Source: an uncultured Candidatus Saccharibacteria bacterium (GTDB lineage Bacteria > Patescibacteriota > Minisyncoccia > UBA6257 > Colwellbacteraceae). Taken from it: 64,000 bases of DNA. Position numbers and translations under genes: made by a program. Below the pieces are notes generated by a model that saw nothing but the letters and a program-made list of their open reading frames with translations, did not search any database and was not told the origin of the DNA. Positions 8,572 to 19,246 of the stretch are shown here, piece after piece. How positions within the stretch are numbered: the first letter of the stretch is position 1; each line of letters starts with the position of its first letter. The stretch covers positions 9,049 through 73,048 of the forward strand of contig CAZXPC010000002.1 of NCBI GenBank assembly GCA_964643135.1, written 5' to 3'.

Positions 8572-9732
8572 ATGAAGAGAATCGAGAAAAGGGTTTATCT
8601 GGACTACGCAGCCTCAACGCCGGTTGATCCGGCGGTTTTGAAAGCGATGTCGCCTTACTTTAGCGAGCGTTTTGGTAATGCCGGTTCGCTGCATTCATAT
8701 GGCCAAGCGAGCATGGCACCGCTAGACAAATCGCGGGAAGTTATTGCGAATGCGGTTGGCGCTAAATTTAACGAAATTATTTTTACGAGTTCAGCAACCG
8801 AAGCCAACAACCTCGCGCTGCGTGGCATCCTAAAAGCTAACAGCTCTAAGCTAAAAGCTCCTAATATTATTGTTTCCGCGATCGAGCATGAATCTATTTT
8901 AGAAACCGCGAAGGTTTTGGAACGAGACGGCGTCGAGGTTGTTTATCTGCCAGTCGATAAGAACGGCTTGGTTGATTTGGAAAAACTTAAGAAGTCTATC
9001 AACGAGCGCACGGTTTTGGTTTCAGTGATGTATGCGAATAATGAAATTGGGACAATCCAGCCGATTGCTGAGGTCGCCAAAACTATCAGGCAATACAAAG
9101 ATAAAAATGGCAGCGGTCCGGTGTTCCACACCGATGCTGTTCAAGCTTTCAATTATTTGGATTGCGATGTCGACAACCTGCATGTCGATATTATGACCAT
9201 CTCTTCGCATAAGATTTATGGCCCCAAGGGCGCCGGCGCTCTTTATGTGAGGAATTTAGCCAGTAATCCATTGGAGCCAATTTTGACTGGCGGGGGGCAG
9301 GAGTTTGGCTACCGTTCGAGTACGGAGAATATTCCGGCCATTGTTGGTTTTGCCAAGGCGGCCGAGATTACTCTCGAGGCTAAGCCTCGAGAAGGCAAGA
9401 GGGTTGGCGACTTGAGAGACATGCTTTGGGCAAAAATTAAGAAAATCTACTCAAAGGCGCAGCTAAACGGAAGTCTAGGGAACAGATTACCCAACAATTT
9501 AAATATTTATGTTCCAGGAGTTAGTGCCGAAAAGCTTCTGATAAAACTAGATCTGGCCGGTATCGCAGCTTCGTCCGGATCGGCTTGCAAATCACGCGCG
9601 CTCGAAGAATCTTATGTTATTAAAGCCTTGGGTTATGGAGGCCAAAGAGCTAAAAATAGTCTGCGTTTTACCCTGGGCAGATTCACGAGCCATACGGATA
9701 TTGACAAGGTGATAAAGAGTCTTAAAATCTGA
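8572..9732 (+). CDS. cysteine desulfurase (class V aminotransferase, NifS/IscS-like)
   Basis: YLDYAASTP, SSATEANN, HTDAVQA, SSHKIYGPKGAGALY (PLP lysine), C-terminal SGSACKS. The track ORF begins at 8536; the M at 8572 is the more likely start. Confidence 0.85.
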   Translation: MKRIEKRVYLDYAASTPVDPAVLKAMSPYFSERFGNAGSLHSYGQASMAPLDKSREVIANAVGAKFNEIIFTSSATEANNLALRGILKANSSKLKAPNIIVSAIEHESILETAKVLERDGVEVVYLPVDKNGLVDLEKLKKSINERTVLVSVMYANNEIGTIQPIAEVAKTIRQYKDKNGSGPVFHTDAVQAFNYLDCDVDNLHVDIMTISSHKIYGPKGAGALYVRNLASNPLEPILTGGGQEFGYRSSTENIPAIVGFAKAAEITLEAKPREGKRVGDLRDMLWAKIKKIYSKAQLNGSLGNRLPNNLNIYVPGVSAEKLLIKLDLAGIAASSGSACKSRALEESYVIKALGYGGQRAKNSLRFTLGRFTSHTDIDKVIKSLKI

Positions 9733-9735
9733 TGT

Positions 9736-10998
9736 ATGAACAAAAAAATTCATCATATTATAGGGTTACTGGCGATTATTATTATGGTTCTTTTGACTGG
9801 TTCGGCGTTGGTACAAAACGCAAACGCCAATTCATTTTCAGATTTCTTTAAGAACATTTGGGGAGGTCATAATGTTACTCCCGTTCCGGCCTCGCCTGCT
9901 TCTGCTCCTTATGCGCCGACAGTTGATTACGAAGCGGCGGTAGTAAATGCCGTTGATCAGGGCCTAAAGAGCGTGGTTTCGATTGCGATTTCGAAAGATG
10001 TGCCTGTCCTCGAGCAGTGCCCTTATAACCCGTTTGGCGATCTTGGACCGGACTTCAATAACTTTTTCGGCGACAATAGCGGCATGGGCCAATTCTATAC
10101 TCAGTGTCCGACCGGTAAGAATCAGAAGCAAGACATTGGCGGCGGCAGCGGTTTTATTGTGAGCGCTGATGGCTTAATTCTAACCAATAAGCATGTCGTC
10201 GCTGATACCAAAGCTGATTACACAGTTGTTCTGGGCGATGGATCCAAATATCCGGCTAAAGTTTTGGCCCGGGATCCCAACCAGGATATTGCTCTCATTA
10301 AAATCGACAAAACCGGCCTGACTGCCGCCAAGCTGGGCGATTCCAATTCGATCAAACTTGGGCAGACAGCGATTGCGATCGGCAATGCCTTGGCACAATT
10401 TAGCAACACTGTTTCGGTAGGAGTTGTTTCTGGCCTTTCCCGCAGTATCACGGCTTCCGGCGCCGGAACGGGCGGGTCTGAAGACCTGGCTAATTTGATC
10501 CAAACCGATGCGGCTATCAACCCGGGCAACTCGGGCGGTCCCTTATTAAACCTCAAGGGCGAAGTGATCGGCATCAACGTTGCGGTGGCCCAGGGGGCGC
10601 AGAATATTGGTTTCACTATCCCGATTAATACGGCGAAGCGCGATATTGACTCGGTCGTGAAGTCGGGCGTCATTAAGACTGCTTATATCGGCGTCCGCTA
10701 CACGATGATTACTGCCGATATGGCAAAAACTCAAAAGCTCAGTTCTGATTACGGAGCGCTGATCCGGGGTTCAGCTGACGGCCCGGCGGTCATGGCTAAT
10801 TCGCCGGCTGATAAGGCTGGATTGAAAGCTGAAGATATTATTTTAGAAGTTAACGGCGTCAAGCTCGACAACGCCACCCATACTTTAGCTTCCGAGCTTC
10901 AGAATTATAACGTCGGAGATACGGTCAACTTGAAAGTTAAAAGGGGAAGCGACGTCTTGACGATTCAGGTGACGCTCGGTGAACGGCCGGCGGCCTAG
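9736..10998 (+). CDS. htrA: HtrA/DegP-family serine protease with PDZ domain
   Basis: N-terminal TM/signal, His (TNKHVV), Asp (DIALIKID), Ser (GNSGGPLLN) triad, C-terminal PDZ-like segment. Confidence 0.9.
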   Translation: MNKKIHHIIGLLAIIIMVLLTGSALVQNANANSFSDFFKNIWGGHNVTPVPASPASAPYAPTVDYEAAVVNAVDQGLKSVVSIAISKDVPVLEQCPYNPFGDLGPDFNNFFGDNSGMGQFYTQCPTGKNQKQDIGGGSGFIVSADGLILTNKHVVADTKADYTVVLGDGSKYPAKVLARDPNQDIALIKIDKTGLTAAKLGDSNSIKLGQTAIAIGNALAQFSNTVSVGVVSGLSRSITASGAGTGGSEDLANLIQTDAAINPGNSGGPLLNLKGEVIGINVAVAQGAQNIGFTIPINTAKRDIDSVVKSGVIKTAYIGVRYTMITADMAKTQKLSSDYGALIRGSADGPAVMANSPADKAGLKAEDIILEVNGVKLDNATHTLASELQNYNVGDTVNLKVKRGSDVLTIQVTLGERPAA

Positions 10999-11000
10999 GG

Positions 11001-11085
11001 AACTTATAACCTATAACTAATAACAAATAACGGTTATAATTTGATTAGGGCCGTGTTATGGGTTATAAGTCATTAGTTATAAGTT
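11001..11085. promoter_or_regulatory. clpB upstream region with five or more TTATAAC-type half-sites (candidate heat-shock operator)
   Basis: aacTTATAACc, cTATAACta, cgGTTATAAt, ggGTTATAAg, aGTTATAAgtt. AACTTATAAC (11001-11010) and GTTATAAGTT (11076-11085) form an inverted pair. Confidence 0.3.
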
Positions 11086-11091
11086 AATCCT

Positions 11092-13752
11092 ATGAACAAT
11101 CAATTCAATCGTTTCACTATTAAAGCCCAGGAGGCGCTCCAGAACGCGCAGGATTTGGCTTCAGCCGAGTCTCACGGCGAGTTTAGGGCTCTGCATCTAT
11201 TGGCATCTTTGATTACGGACTCAACTTCGCTCGTCCAGCCGATCATCAATCGCGCCAACATTGGTCTAGATGCTCTAGACCAGGAAATTACCGCCGAACT
11301 AAAGAAACTGCCTAAGGTTTTTTCGTCGACTTCGACCGGCCAGCTTTATCTTTCGCAAGAAGTTCTTAAAGTTTTGGATAAAGCCGCTAAATTCGCGTTG
11401 ACCAACAAGGATGAATTCATTTCGTGCGAGCATCTTTTTATCGGCATACTCGAAGTCGATTCGACGGCAAGGACTGTTTTAGAAAGAATGGGTTTGAAAC
11501 GCGATCAGGCCATTAAGACTCTGTCGAGTCTTCGCGGCAGCACTCGGGTAACCGATGAAACGCCGGAAAGTAAATTCCAGGTTTTGGAAAAATACGGCAT
11601 TAATTTGACCAACAAGGCGAGCGAAGGGAAACTTGACCCGGTGATCGGGCGGGAGGATGAGCTGAGGCGAGTTATCCAAATATTGTCCCGCCGGACCAAG
11701 AACAACCCTGTTTTAGTGGGCGAACCGGGAGTCGGAAAAACGGCTGTGGTTGAAGGCCTGGCCCAGCGCATAGTTTCAGGCGATGTGCCGGAAAATTTAA
11801 AAGGCAAGGAAGTTGTCGTGCTGGATTTGGGCTCGATGATCGCCGGCACTAAGTTCAGGGGTGAGTTCGAGGACAGGCTAAAAGCATTTATAAAAGAGAT
11901 CCAAAATTCGCAAGGCCGGATAATTTTGTTTATTGATGAGATCCACATGATTGTGGGTGCCGGTGCCGCTGAGGGGGCAGTCGACGCGTCTAACTTATTG
12001 AAGCCTGCGTTGGCCCGCGGAGAATTGCATGCGATTGGAGCAACCACGATTAAGGAATATCACCGCCATATTGAAAAAGATGCCGCTTTAGAGCGCCGGT
12101 TCCAGCCGGTGCCGGTTGAGGAGCCTTCTATCGAAGACAGCCTGACAATCTTGCGGGGCCTTAAAGAAAAATATGAGATCCATCACGGGCTGCGCATCTC
12201 GGACGAGGCGATTATCGCCGCGGTTAATTTGTCGGCCCGATATATTTCGAACAGGTTTTTGCCGGACAAGGCGGTTGATGTGATCGATGAAGCGGCAGCG
12301 GCGAGGAAGATTGAAACCGAGAGCTTGCCCAACGAGATTGACAAAATCAGACGCGATGTTAAGAACGCCGAAATTGAAAGGGCGGCTTTAATGAATGAGA
12401 GAAAAAGCGAAGCTAACAAAAAAAGATTGAAAGATCTGGATAGTTCATTGGAGCAATTAAAAACCCGCGATGAGGAGTTGTCCGGCAGTTGGCAAGCTGA
12501 GAAAATGATCTTCGAGAAGCTGAACAATCTCCGAACCAGGCTGGAAACCTTGCGGCGCGAGAAAGAAGTAGCCGAACGCGAAGGCCAATTGGAACGGGTG
12601 GCTCAGATTATTTACGGCGAAATGCCGGCCGCGCAGAAAGAATACGATGCTTATGAGAAGAAATACTTTATCTCGGCTGGTTCGGCTAAAAACGGCAAGG
12701 AGACTAAAGACAATAGACAAAAATTCTTGAAAGAGGAAGTCGATGCGGAAGATATCGCCAACGTTATCGGCCGCTGGACCGGCATTCCGGTTACCAAAAT
12801 TATGGAGACTGAGGCTGATAAGCTGACCAAAATCGAAGATGTCTTAAGGGGCCGCGTTATTGGCCAGGAAGAGGCGATTAAGTCAGTAGCGAGCGCCCTG
12901 CGCCGCGCTAGGGCCGGCTTGGCTCCGCAGGATAAGCCTTTGGCTTCTTTCATGTTCTTGGGTCCGACGGGAGTGGGCAAGACTGAACTTGTTAGGGCTT
13001 TAGCGGAGTTTATTTTTAACGATGAGAAGGCTCTGGTTCGGATAGATATGTCTGAATATATGGAGAAGCATGCCGTGGCGCGCCTCATCGGTTCTCCCCC
13101 CGGCTATGTCGGCCACGAAGAAGGCGGCCAGCTCACGGAGATTGTCCGTCATCGACCTTACAGCCTGATACTTTTTGATGAAATCGAGAAAGCGCATCCG
13201 GAAGCTTTTAACATTCTTTTGCAGGTGCTCGACAATGGCCGCTTAACCGACGGCAAAGGAAAGACAGTCAACTTCAAAAATACCATTATTGTCCTTACGT
13301 CGAATGTCGGCTCGGAATTATTTAAAGAAATGTCGAAGCTCGGTTTTGATGTTTCCGCCAGCGCCGAGACTAAGAAGCAGGAGGACTACCGTGTTAGGAT
13401 TAGGACCTCGCTGAAGGAGCATTTCCGGCCGGAATTCTTGAACAGGATTGACGACATAATAATTTTCAACTCGCTCTCCCGCGAGGATGTTGCGAAGATT
13501 GTGGACATTCAACTTTCCGAGCTGACTAAGCAGGTTGAGGAGAGGGGAATCAAGCTCATGATCGACCCTTCGGCCAAGAAGTATATAATCGATAATGGAT
13601 TCGATCCTGAATACGGCGCCCGGCCGATAAAAAGGATGATCCAAAGGACTATCTTGGATAGGCTGGCCGATAAACTTATCGGGGGCGTAATTAAAAATGG
13701 CAGCAAAGTTAAAATTAGTTTCGAAAAATCCGATATTAAGGTCAGCGTTTAG
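11092..13752 (+). CDS. clpB: ATP-dependent chaperone ClpB
   Basis: 886 aa; Clp N domain, two AAA+ modules (GEPGVGKTA; GPTGVGKTE), long middle coiled coil. Confidence 0.95.
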   Translation: MNNQFNRFTIKAQEALQNAQDLASAESHGEFRALHLLASLITDSTSLVQPIINRANIGLDALDQEITAELKKLPKVFSSTSTGQLYLSQEVLKVLDKAAKFALTNKDEFISCEHLFIGILEVDSTARTVLERMGLKRDQAIKTLSSLRGSTRVTDETPESKFQVLEKYGINLTNKASEGKLDPVIGREDELRRVIQILSRRTKNNPVLVGEPGVGKTAVVEGLAQRIVSGDVPENLKGKEVVVLDLGSMIAGTKFRGEFEDRLKAFIKEIQNSQGRIILFIDEIHMIVGAGAAEGAVDASNLLKPALARGELHAIGATTIKEYHRHIEKDAALERRFQPVPVEEPSIEDSLTILRGLKEKYEIHHGLRISDEAIIAAVNLSARYISNRFLPDKAVDVIDEAAAARKIETESLPNEIDKIRRDVKNAEIERAALMNERKSEANKKRLKDLDSSLEQLKTRDEELSGSWQAEKMIFEKLNNLRTRLETLRREKEVAEREGQLERVAQIIYGEMPAAQKEYDAYEKKYFISAGSAKNGKETKDNRQKFLKEEVDAEDIANVIGRWTGIPVTKIMETEADKLTKIEDVLRGRVIGQEEAIKSVASALRRARAGLAPQDKPLASFMFLGPTGVGKTELVRALAEFIFNDEKALVRIDMSEYMEKHAVARLIGSPPGYVGHEEGGQLTEIVRHRPYSLILFDEIEKAHPEAFNILLQVLDNGRLTDGKGKTVNFKNTIIVLTSNVGSELFKEMSKLGFDVSASAETKKQEDYRVRIRTSLKEHFRPEFLNRIDDIIIFNSLSREDVAKIVDIQLSELTKQVEERGIKLMIDPSAKKYIIDNGFDPEYGARPIKRMIQRTILDRLADKLIGGVIKNGSKVKISFEKSDIKVSV

Positions 13753-14407
13753 GACGGTTGTATTTTCTTTCCTGATTTTCTTCTCGGTCTATGCATCGAG
13801 CTTTTGGGCGGGGTTAGTTTTTATTTTTACGCTGGGTTTGTGGTATTTCCGCCCGCCTATAAATATAGGCCGATTCTCTTGGGAAGTTATTTTGCTCTTA
13901 GCCTCAGTTTTTCTTTTGCCGCGCTCGATAGATAGCAACGCGTTATTCGTTTTTGCTCTGGCTCTGGGCCTGCTCCTGGCGCTGCTTTTGGAGTTGAAGA
14001 ATGTCGCCATTATTCGAAGGGACACGGGTAAATATGTTCTTAGGATCGGCATCATAACAATTTATAATTATTTTTTCTTTTACAATTTTTTGGGTATGGC
14101 GTCGATTCTAATTCTCTTCGGCGTTTCCGCGTTGATGTTAAATAATCTTTATACTGATTCTACCGATCGAGGCAAGGCCCCGCTCACGGCGCTGCTGCTC
14201 AGCTTCATCATCCTTGAATTAAACTGGGCGCTGGCTCTGGTTCCGGACCAAATTTTTATAAAATTATTTGTCTCGACAACCGCCCTCGCTATTTTGAGCC
14301 AGGGGGCCTTGAAGCACTTTAATAAGAGTCTCGATCAGAAAGCGATTCGCCAAAGCGCCGTTTTCCTGAGTTTGGCGCTGCTGCTTCTCTTAATCTTTAT
14401 GATATAG
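13697..14407 (+). CDS. hypothetical polytopic membrane protein
   Basis: 236 aa, six or more hydrophobic helices. Overlaps the clpB end by 56 nt, so the true start may be internal. Confidence 0.5.
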   Translation: MAAKLKLVSKNPILRSAFRTVVFSFLIFFSVYASSFWAGLVFIFTLGLWYFRPPINIGRFSWEVILLLASVFLLPRSIDSNALFVFALALGLLLALLLELKNVAIIRRDTGKYVLRIGIITIYNYFFFYNFLGMASILILFGVSALMLNNLYTDSTDRGKAPLTALLLSFIILELNWALALVPDQIFIKLFVSTTALAILSQGALKHFNKSLDQKAIRQSAVFLSLALLLLLIFMI

Positions 14408-14413
14408 TTTGGA

Positions 14414-14968
14414 TTGATGATTCCACCCAAAATAGCTCGGGTTTCCCTGTCTCTTCTGATTATGGTTTCTTTGGGGTCGGTGTTTTTTTACCGCGGTGAT
14501 CTGAGCTGCGTAACCGAGAGATCTGAAGACACGGTGCGAGGCGCTTCGATGCAGCCGCTCATCAAAGATGGCGCGACCATAACAGCCCTCTATGGATTCT
14601 ATGCCTGCAATCAAATTCGAAGGGGAGACTTGGCGCTGATTAGCCCTTCAGCTAACCGAGATCCGCTTATCAAAAAAGTGAGAGTTTTGCCGGGCGACAG
14701 ATTCGGGCTTTTTCGAGTGGGCGCCGATAGATGGAACATTCTGGTAAATGGCACAGCGCTCAAGAATTCCGAAGGCCAAGTCTATTCTTTGAGTGATCGC
14801 GGGAATAGAATGATTAGCCTTTACGAGACAGATTATAAAGGGGTTATGCCGCCGGGTTTCTATTTTATTTTCGGCGAAGACCCAGCCGGGACATTAGATA
14901 GTACGAAATTCGGGCCCGTTGGAGAGCAGGCGATCCTGGCGAAGGTTATTTCTTATAGCAACGAATAG
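14414..14968 (+). CDS. lepB: signal peptidase I
   Basis: N-terminal TM, GASMQPLI (catalytic Ser box), KKVRVLPGD (Lys box). Confidence 0.85.
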   Translation: MMIPPKIARVSLSLLIMVSLGSVFFYRGDLSCVTERSEDTVRGASMQPLIKDGATITALYGFYACNQIRRGDLALISPSANRDPLIKKVRVLPGDRFGLFRVGADRWNILVNGTALKNSEGQVYSLSDRGNRMISLYETDYKGVMPPGFYFIFGEDPAGTLDSTKFGPVGEQAILAKVISYSNE

Positions 14969-14995
14969 CTGATTTTGTTATAATTACCCCAGCAT

Positions 14996-17143
14996 ATGAA
15001 ACTAAATAAAATATCTCTCGTCTCCTCAGCATTCTTGTTATTAGTGATAGGCTATCTGTTTTTAGTTTCTTCGGTCCTCGCCGCCCCCACCCAGAACCCT
15101 CCCAATGGAGGAGTAATCCAGATAACCGGCGCACCTCCTCAGGCTTCTCTCACGATCGGCGTCAGCGGCTCATACGCCACATTCAATTTCAATAGTTCCT
15201 CCGGAAACGGCGCGCTCCCATTGGCTTATGGCGGCACCGGCCGGCCAATCACTGACTCTGCGAGCAAGGCTCTCTTCAGAAACGATGTCCTTGCCGCCCA
15301 AGGCAACGGCCCCAACTCGGATATCACTGCTTTAAACCCTCAAGATGCGTTAAACAACCTTCTTGATTTAACTCTCGGGAATTCCGGCAAATATGTCATC
15401 CTGAATGGCAACGTGGGAGTTGGGACTTCCACTATAAATTCTGCCAATGGTTGGAATCTTCAGGAAGGCGATGGTACGGGTAGCCACGCTTTAGCTATGG
15501 CTTCGGCCGCAACTGGCGCCAACTCAATTTGGTTTATGAGCGGCAGCCCTGTATCAGGCGGCATCAATGGCGGCATTCAATATGACAATTCAGCCGGCAC
15601 GCTCAGCTTTTACGCTGGCGGCACGGGAGCTTCGGCTAATCGCCTCACCATCCTAAATACAGGTAATATCGGAATTGGGACGGCCGGCCCGACGGGACAG
15701 CTACATCTGGTCAAAGCGGGCGGAGCGTCTATTTATCTGGGAGATTCCAATAACACGGATGCTATTAAAAGTGTGCAAGTTGGTACCGGTAGCGAATTAT
15801 CATTCTCTACTAATGGAACCGGAGCGGAACGCATGCGCATAGATCAAAATGGCAACGTCGGGATTGGGACGACGGGTCCGCAAGGCTTACTTGATGTTAA
15901 CGGTGGCGCAACTGACACGTCCGCTTTGTTTATTGCCTCGGCTCCATCGGTAACTGATCGAGGTGGAGCGATTTTTCATCAGGGCTCAACTTATGCTTGG
16001 CAAGAAGATGCCCAAGGCACCGCGAGCAGCACAACCGGAGGTCTAAACTTTAACTATGTTAATCGAACGGCTCCAGGAACTAAGGTGACGAGTAATGTAC
16101 TTTTCCTCGAAGGAGATGGCAAAGTTGGAATTGGGACAGCGACCCCAGGTTCGAAACTTGAAGTGAATGGGAACATGAAACTCTCCGGAGCAACTCCGAC
16201 TTATACTTTGACTAACGTAGCTGCCCCGTCCGGCGCATCTGATGTTGCAACTAAGGGCTATGTTGATGGAGCAGTGGGTGCCGGTTCGGCGGCTTCAAAA
16301 TCACAATTTTTTACTTCAAACGGAACATTCAATCAGTCGACATGTTCGTGTACCCTTGTTTGGGTTAGTTTGGTTGGCGGGGGAGGCGGCGGAGGTGGAG
16401 GGTCTAGTGGCGGTGGAGCTGGCGGAGGCGGAGGGGCGGGCGAAGCAGCTGTTAAATATTCCATTTCTCTTGCTGTCGGAGGCTCCTATACTGTCACGGT
16501 TGGATCTGGCGGTACAGGCGGGGCTCATGACGTGAACGGAGGCGATGGCGGATCGAGCAGTTTCGGAGATTTTGTTAAAGTGGCTGGAGGAAAAGGCGGG
16601 GGTAGGGGCAACGGCGGCGGATCAGGTACCGGGGGAGCCGGCGGTACTTCGACTGGTAGCGGCGCTGGCACCGGCGGTTCTGCTGGGGCTGCCGGCGGAG
16701 TGTGCGGATCAGAAGTTACTTCATTCGTATTGGCCGGCTCTGGGGGGGGCGGCGGAGGTTCGAGCGGACCCGGCGGGAATGGAGGACACTGCGTTCTTAC
16801 TTCCTCAGCTCAGGGTGCTAATGGTGGTACTTGTGGCGGCTATGGTTGCAGCGGCGGGGGAGCTGGCGGGGCTGCCTTCAGCATCGGGGCCGGTGTGGCT
16901 GGCAGTGATGCCAGTGCCAGCGGATGTAATGGCTACGGTGACGGACAACTTGTTGCTGACATCGGTAGCGGCGGAGGCGGCGGCCACCCCTGCGCATGTG
17001 CTTCTCCCGGACCTGATAACGGTGGAGTCGGCGGCACTGGCGGAGGTGGAGGTGGAGGCGGAGGGGGGATATGCAGCAGTTGGGTTAGCTCAGGCGGCAA
17101 CGGTGGCACCGGCGGTGTTCTCGTTGAATGGTTTGGCTTATAA
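14996..17143 (+). CDS. secreted Gly-rich, Cys-containing surface protein with tail-fibre-like GNVGIGT repeats
   Basis: Signal peptide; four repeats of the type GNVGIGTTGP..L.VNG; C-terminal ~300 aa is >50% Gly with spaced Cys residues. Confidence 0.7.
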   Translation: MKLNKISLVSSAFLLLVIGYLFLVSSVLAAPTQNPPNGGVIQITGAPPQASLTIGVSGSYATFNFNSSSGNGALPLAYGGTGRPITDSASKALFRNDVLAAQGNGPNSDITALNPQDALNNLLDLTLGNSGKYVILNGNVGVGTSTINSANGWNLQEGDGTGSHALAMASAATGANSIWFMSGSPVSGGINGGIQYDNSAGTLSFYAGGTGASANRLTILNTGNIGIGTAGPTGQLHLVKAGGASIYLGDSNNTDAIKSVQVGTGSELSFSTNGTGAERMRIDQNGNVGIGTTGPQGLLDVNGGATDTSALFIASAPSVTDRGGAIFHQGSTYAWQEDAQGTASSTTGGLNFNYVNRTAPGTKVTSNVLFLEGDGKVGIGTATPGSKLEVNGNMKLSGATPTYTLTNVAAPSGASDVATKGYVDGAVGAGSAASKSQFFTSNGTFNQSTCSCTLVWVSLVGGGGGGGGGSSGGGAGGGGGAGEAAVKYSISLAVGGSYTVTVGSGGTGGAHDVNGGDGGSSSFGDFVKVAGGKGGGRGNGGGSGTGGAGGTSTGSGAGTGGSAGAAGGVCGSEVTSFVLAGSGGGGGGSSGPGGNGGHCVLTSSAQGANGGTCGGYGCSGGGAGGAAFSIGAGVAGSDASASGCNGYGDGQLVADIGSGGGGGHPCACASPGPDNGGVGGTGGGGGGGGGGICSSWVSSGGNGGTGGVLVEWFGL

Positions 17144-17163
17144 TTTATAAATCTTTTTGACAA

Positions 17164-17184
17164 TACGCCCAAGTTGGGCGTATT
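17164..17184 (+). terminator. hairpin ATACGCCCAA-G-TTGGGCGTAT followed by T-run; overlaps a TTGACA/TATTAT promoter-like pair for rny
   Basis: Perfect 10-bp inverted repeat 21 nt after the stop of the Gly-rich gene. TTGACA at 17157-17162 and TATTAT at 17182-17187. Confidence 0.4.
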
Positions 17185-17261
17185 ATTTTAATAACTCCTG
17201 ATCCAATCGAGTTTGGGAGGATTCAATTTTATTAACATGTTTAGAATTTTGTTAAATTATC

Positions 17262-18782
17262 ATGACAGAAATATTGGTGGGGGCGGTGGCGCTCTTGGCC
17301 GGCTTGGCGGGAGGCTATTTAGTGAGGCAGAATATTGTTTCGAAGAAGGCGGGTTCGATCGAGGCTAAGGCAACCGAAGAATTAAATAAAGCGAAGAGCG
17401 AAGCTCAAAAGATTGTTCTGGAGGCTCAGAACAAGGCTTTGAGTGTTATTGAGGAAGCCAAGAAAGAAGAAAAAGAACGAAAGTCGAATATTGATAAGCA
17501 GGAGGCGCGCGTCGTCACGAGAGAGGATGACCTGAGCAAGAAAGAGAAAGAGCTTTCAGGCGAGAAGCAGAAACTCTCCAGCGAGGCGGCTAAGTTGCAG
17601 TCTAAGGCTGAAGAAGTGGACAAGATCCAAGCGGAAGCGACTACCAAGCTTTCTAAAATTGCGGGTTTGACCCCGGAGCAAGCCAAGGAAAAGTTAATTA
17701 AAGACATTGAAGAAAGGCACAAAGAAGAGCTAGCCTCAACTCTCTTTAAATTGTTCCACGAGCGGCATGAGGAGATAGAAAAAAAGAGCAAAGAGATCAT
17801 GACGACGGCCGTGCAGAGGTATTCCAGAGATGTGATCGCTGATATTACGACCTCGGTTTTCACTCTGCCTTCCGAAGACTTGAAAGGCAAGATTATCGGC
17901 CGGGAGGGCCGGAACATTAGAACTCTGGAAAGGCTCGCCGGCGTTGAGTTTGTGATCGATGAAAGTCCGGAAACGATTGTTATTTCTTCATTCGATCCGT
18001 ATCGGCGAGAAGTTGCGTCAATGGCATTATCTAAGCTTATTAAAGATGGCCGCATTCAGCCGGCCAAGATCGAAGAAAAAGTTGATGAGGCTAAGGCCGA
18101 ACTCGATAAGCGCATGTTTGAAATCGGCGAAGAGGCGGCTCACGAGCTCGGAATTTTCAATTTTGCCAAAGAAATTGTTCAGCTTCTAGGTCGGCTTAAT
18201 TTCCGAACGAGTTTTGGGCAGAATGTTTTGACTCATTCGGTGGAAACTGCGCACTTGGCCGGCATGATTGCCGCTGAGTTGGGCGCAAATGTTGATGTCG
18301 CTAAGCGGGGAGCGCTGGTGCATGACATCGGCAAAGCGATTGACCACGAAGTCGAAGGTACGCATGTTGATTTGGGCCGCAAGATCCTCAAGAAATATGG
18401 TGTCCAAGAAGAAGTGATTCGAGCGATGGAGGCCCATCACGAGGAATATCCTTTTTCAACTCCAGAGTCGTTTATAGTGGCGGCGGCCGATGCCTTGTCA
18501 GCTGCCAGGCCGGGTGCGCGCCGAGGCACGATGGAAAACTACATCAAGCGTTTGCAAGATCTTGAAGCGGTCGCGATGACTTTCAAAGGTGTGAAGCAAG
18601 CTTATGCTATCGCGGCCGGCCGAGAATTGAGAGTTTTTGTGATACCCGAGCAGATTGATGATTTTAGAGCTCTCCAGATGGCTAAAGATATTGCGAACAA
18701 AATTGAAGCTGAGCTCAAATATCCGGGCGAGGTCAAGGTGAATGTTATCCGCGAAATACGCGCCGTCGAGTTTGCCAAATAA
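17262..18782 (+). CDS. rny: ribonuclease Y
   Basis: N-terminal TM, long coiled coil, KH domain (GKIIGREGRNIRTLE), HD domain (HSVETAH...VHDIGK). Confidence 0.9.
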   Translation: MTEILVGAVALLAGLAGGYLVRQNIVSKKAGSIEAKATEELNKAKSEAQKIVLEAQNKALSVIEEAKKEEKERKSNIDKQEARVVTREDDLSKKEKELSGEKQKLSSEAAKLQSKAEEVDKIQAEATTKLSKIAGLTPEQAKEKLIKDIEERHKEELASTLFKLFHERHEEIEKKSKEIMTTAVQRYSRDVIADITTSVFTLPSEDLKGKIIGREGRNIRTLERLAGVEFVIDESPETIVISSFDPYRREVASMALSKLIKDGRIQPAKIEEKVDEAKAELDKRMFEIGEEAAHELGIFNFAKEIVQLLGRLNFRTSFGQNVLTHSVETAHLAGMIAAELGANVDVAKRGALVHDIGKAIDHEVEGTHVDLGRKILKKYGVQEEVIRAMEAHHEEYPFSTPESFIVAAADALSAARPGARRGTMENYIKRLQDLEAVAMTFKGVKQAYAIAAGRELRVFVIPEQIDDFRALQMAKDIANKIEAELKYPGEVKVNVIREIRAVEFAK

Positions 18783-18863
18783 CCTCATAGACATTGGCTT
18801 TATTGGCTTCGTTTGGTATAATCGTGACAGTTAAAAAGGTCGGATAAATCGACAAAAACTACA

Positions 18864-19139
18864 ATGAACAAAGTTGAATTAGCAGAAGCAGTAATGACCG
18901 CTTGCGGTCTTGAAACCAAGAAGCAGTCAGAAATGGCTGTCGAAACTGTTTTCGACACCATCACCAAGGCTTTGGCCAAGGGTGAGGAGGTGTCAGTCGC
19001 GGGTTTCGGAACTTTTAAAGTTGTGAAGCGCGCGGCCCGTATGGGAGTTAACCCAAAAACAGGTGAAAAGATTCAGATCGCCGCTAAAACCTTGCCGAAA
19101 TTTAAAGCCGGCAAGCAGTTTAAGGAGGCCGTTGCGTAG
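18864..19139 (+). CDS. hup: DNA-binding protein HU
   Basis: 91 aa: MNKVELAEAV..., GFGTFKVVKRAARMGVNPKTGEKIQI (beta-arm). Promoter TTGGCT-17-TGgTATAAT at 18796-18826. Confidence 0.9.
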   Translation: MNKVELAEAVMTACGLETKKQSEMAVETVFDTITKALAKGEEVSVAGFGTFKVVKRAARMGVNPKTGEKIQIAAKTLPKFKAGKQFKEAVA

Positions 19140-19163
19140 TGCTCGCTTACCGGCTACGCCGCT

Positions 19164-19196
19164 AGAAACCCAGCTCTTGCTGGGTTTCTGCTTTGC
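19164..19196 (+). terminator. rho-independent terminator after hup
   Basis: AGAAACCCAG-ctcttg-CTGGGTTTCT followed by GCTTTGC. Confidence 0.6.
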
Positions 19197-19246
19197 TAGC
19201 CGCCGCTGCGCTCCCCATCCCGCTAGGCGCGGGACGGGGCACCCCA

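Noticed and set aside
10180-13644. Antisense/alternative-frame ORFs within htrA and clpB (for example 10218-10673 -, 11505-12047 -, 12651-13088 -)
   Set aside because: They are inside strongly supported protease and chaperone genes. No independent support.
16242-17172. Plus-strand ORFs in alternative frames (16242-16535, 16545-17150) and a Pro-rich minus-strand ORF (16933-17172)
   Set aside because: They lie inside the Gly-rich gene. GGN Gly codons read out of frame or antisense give Ala/Arg- and Pro-rich pseudo-ORFs. They are compositional artefacts.
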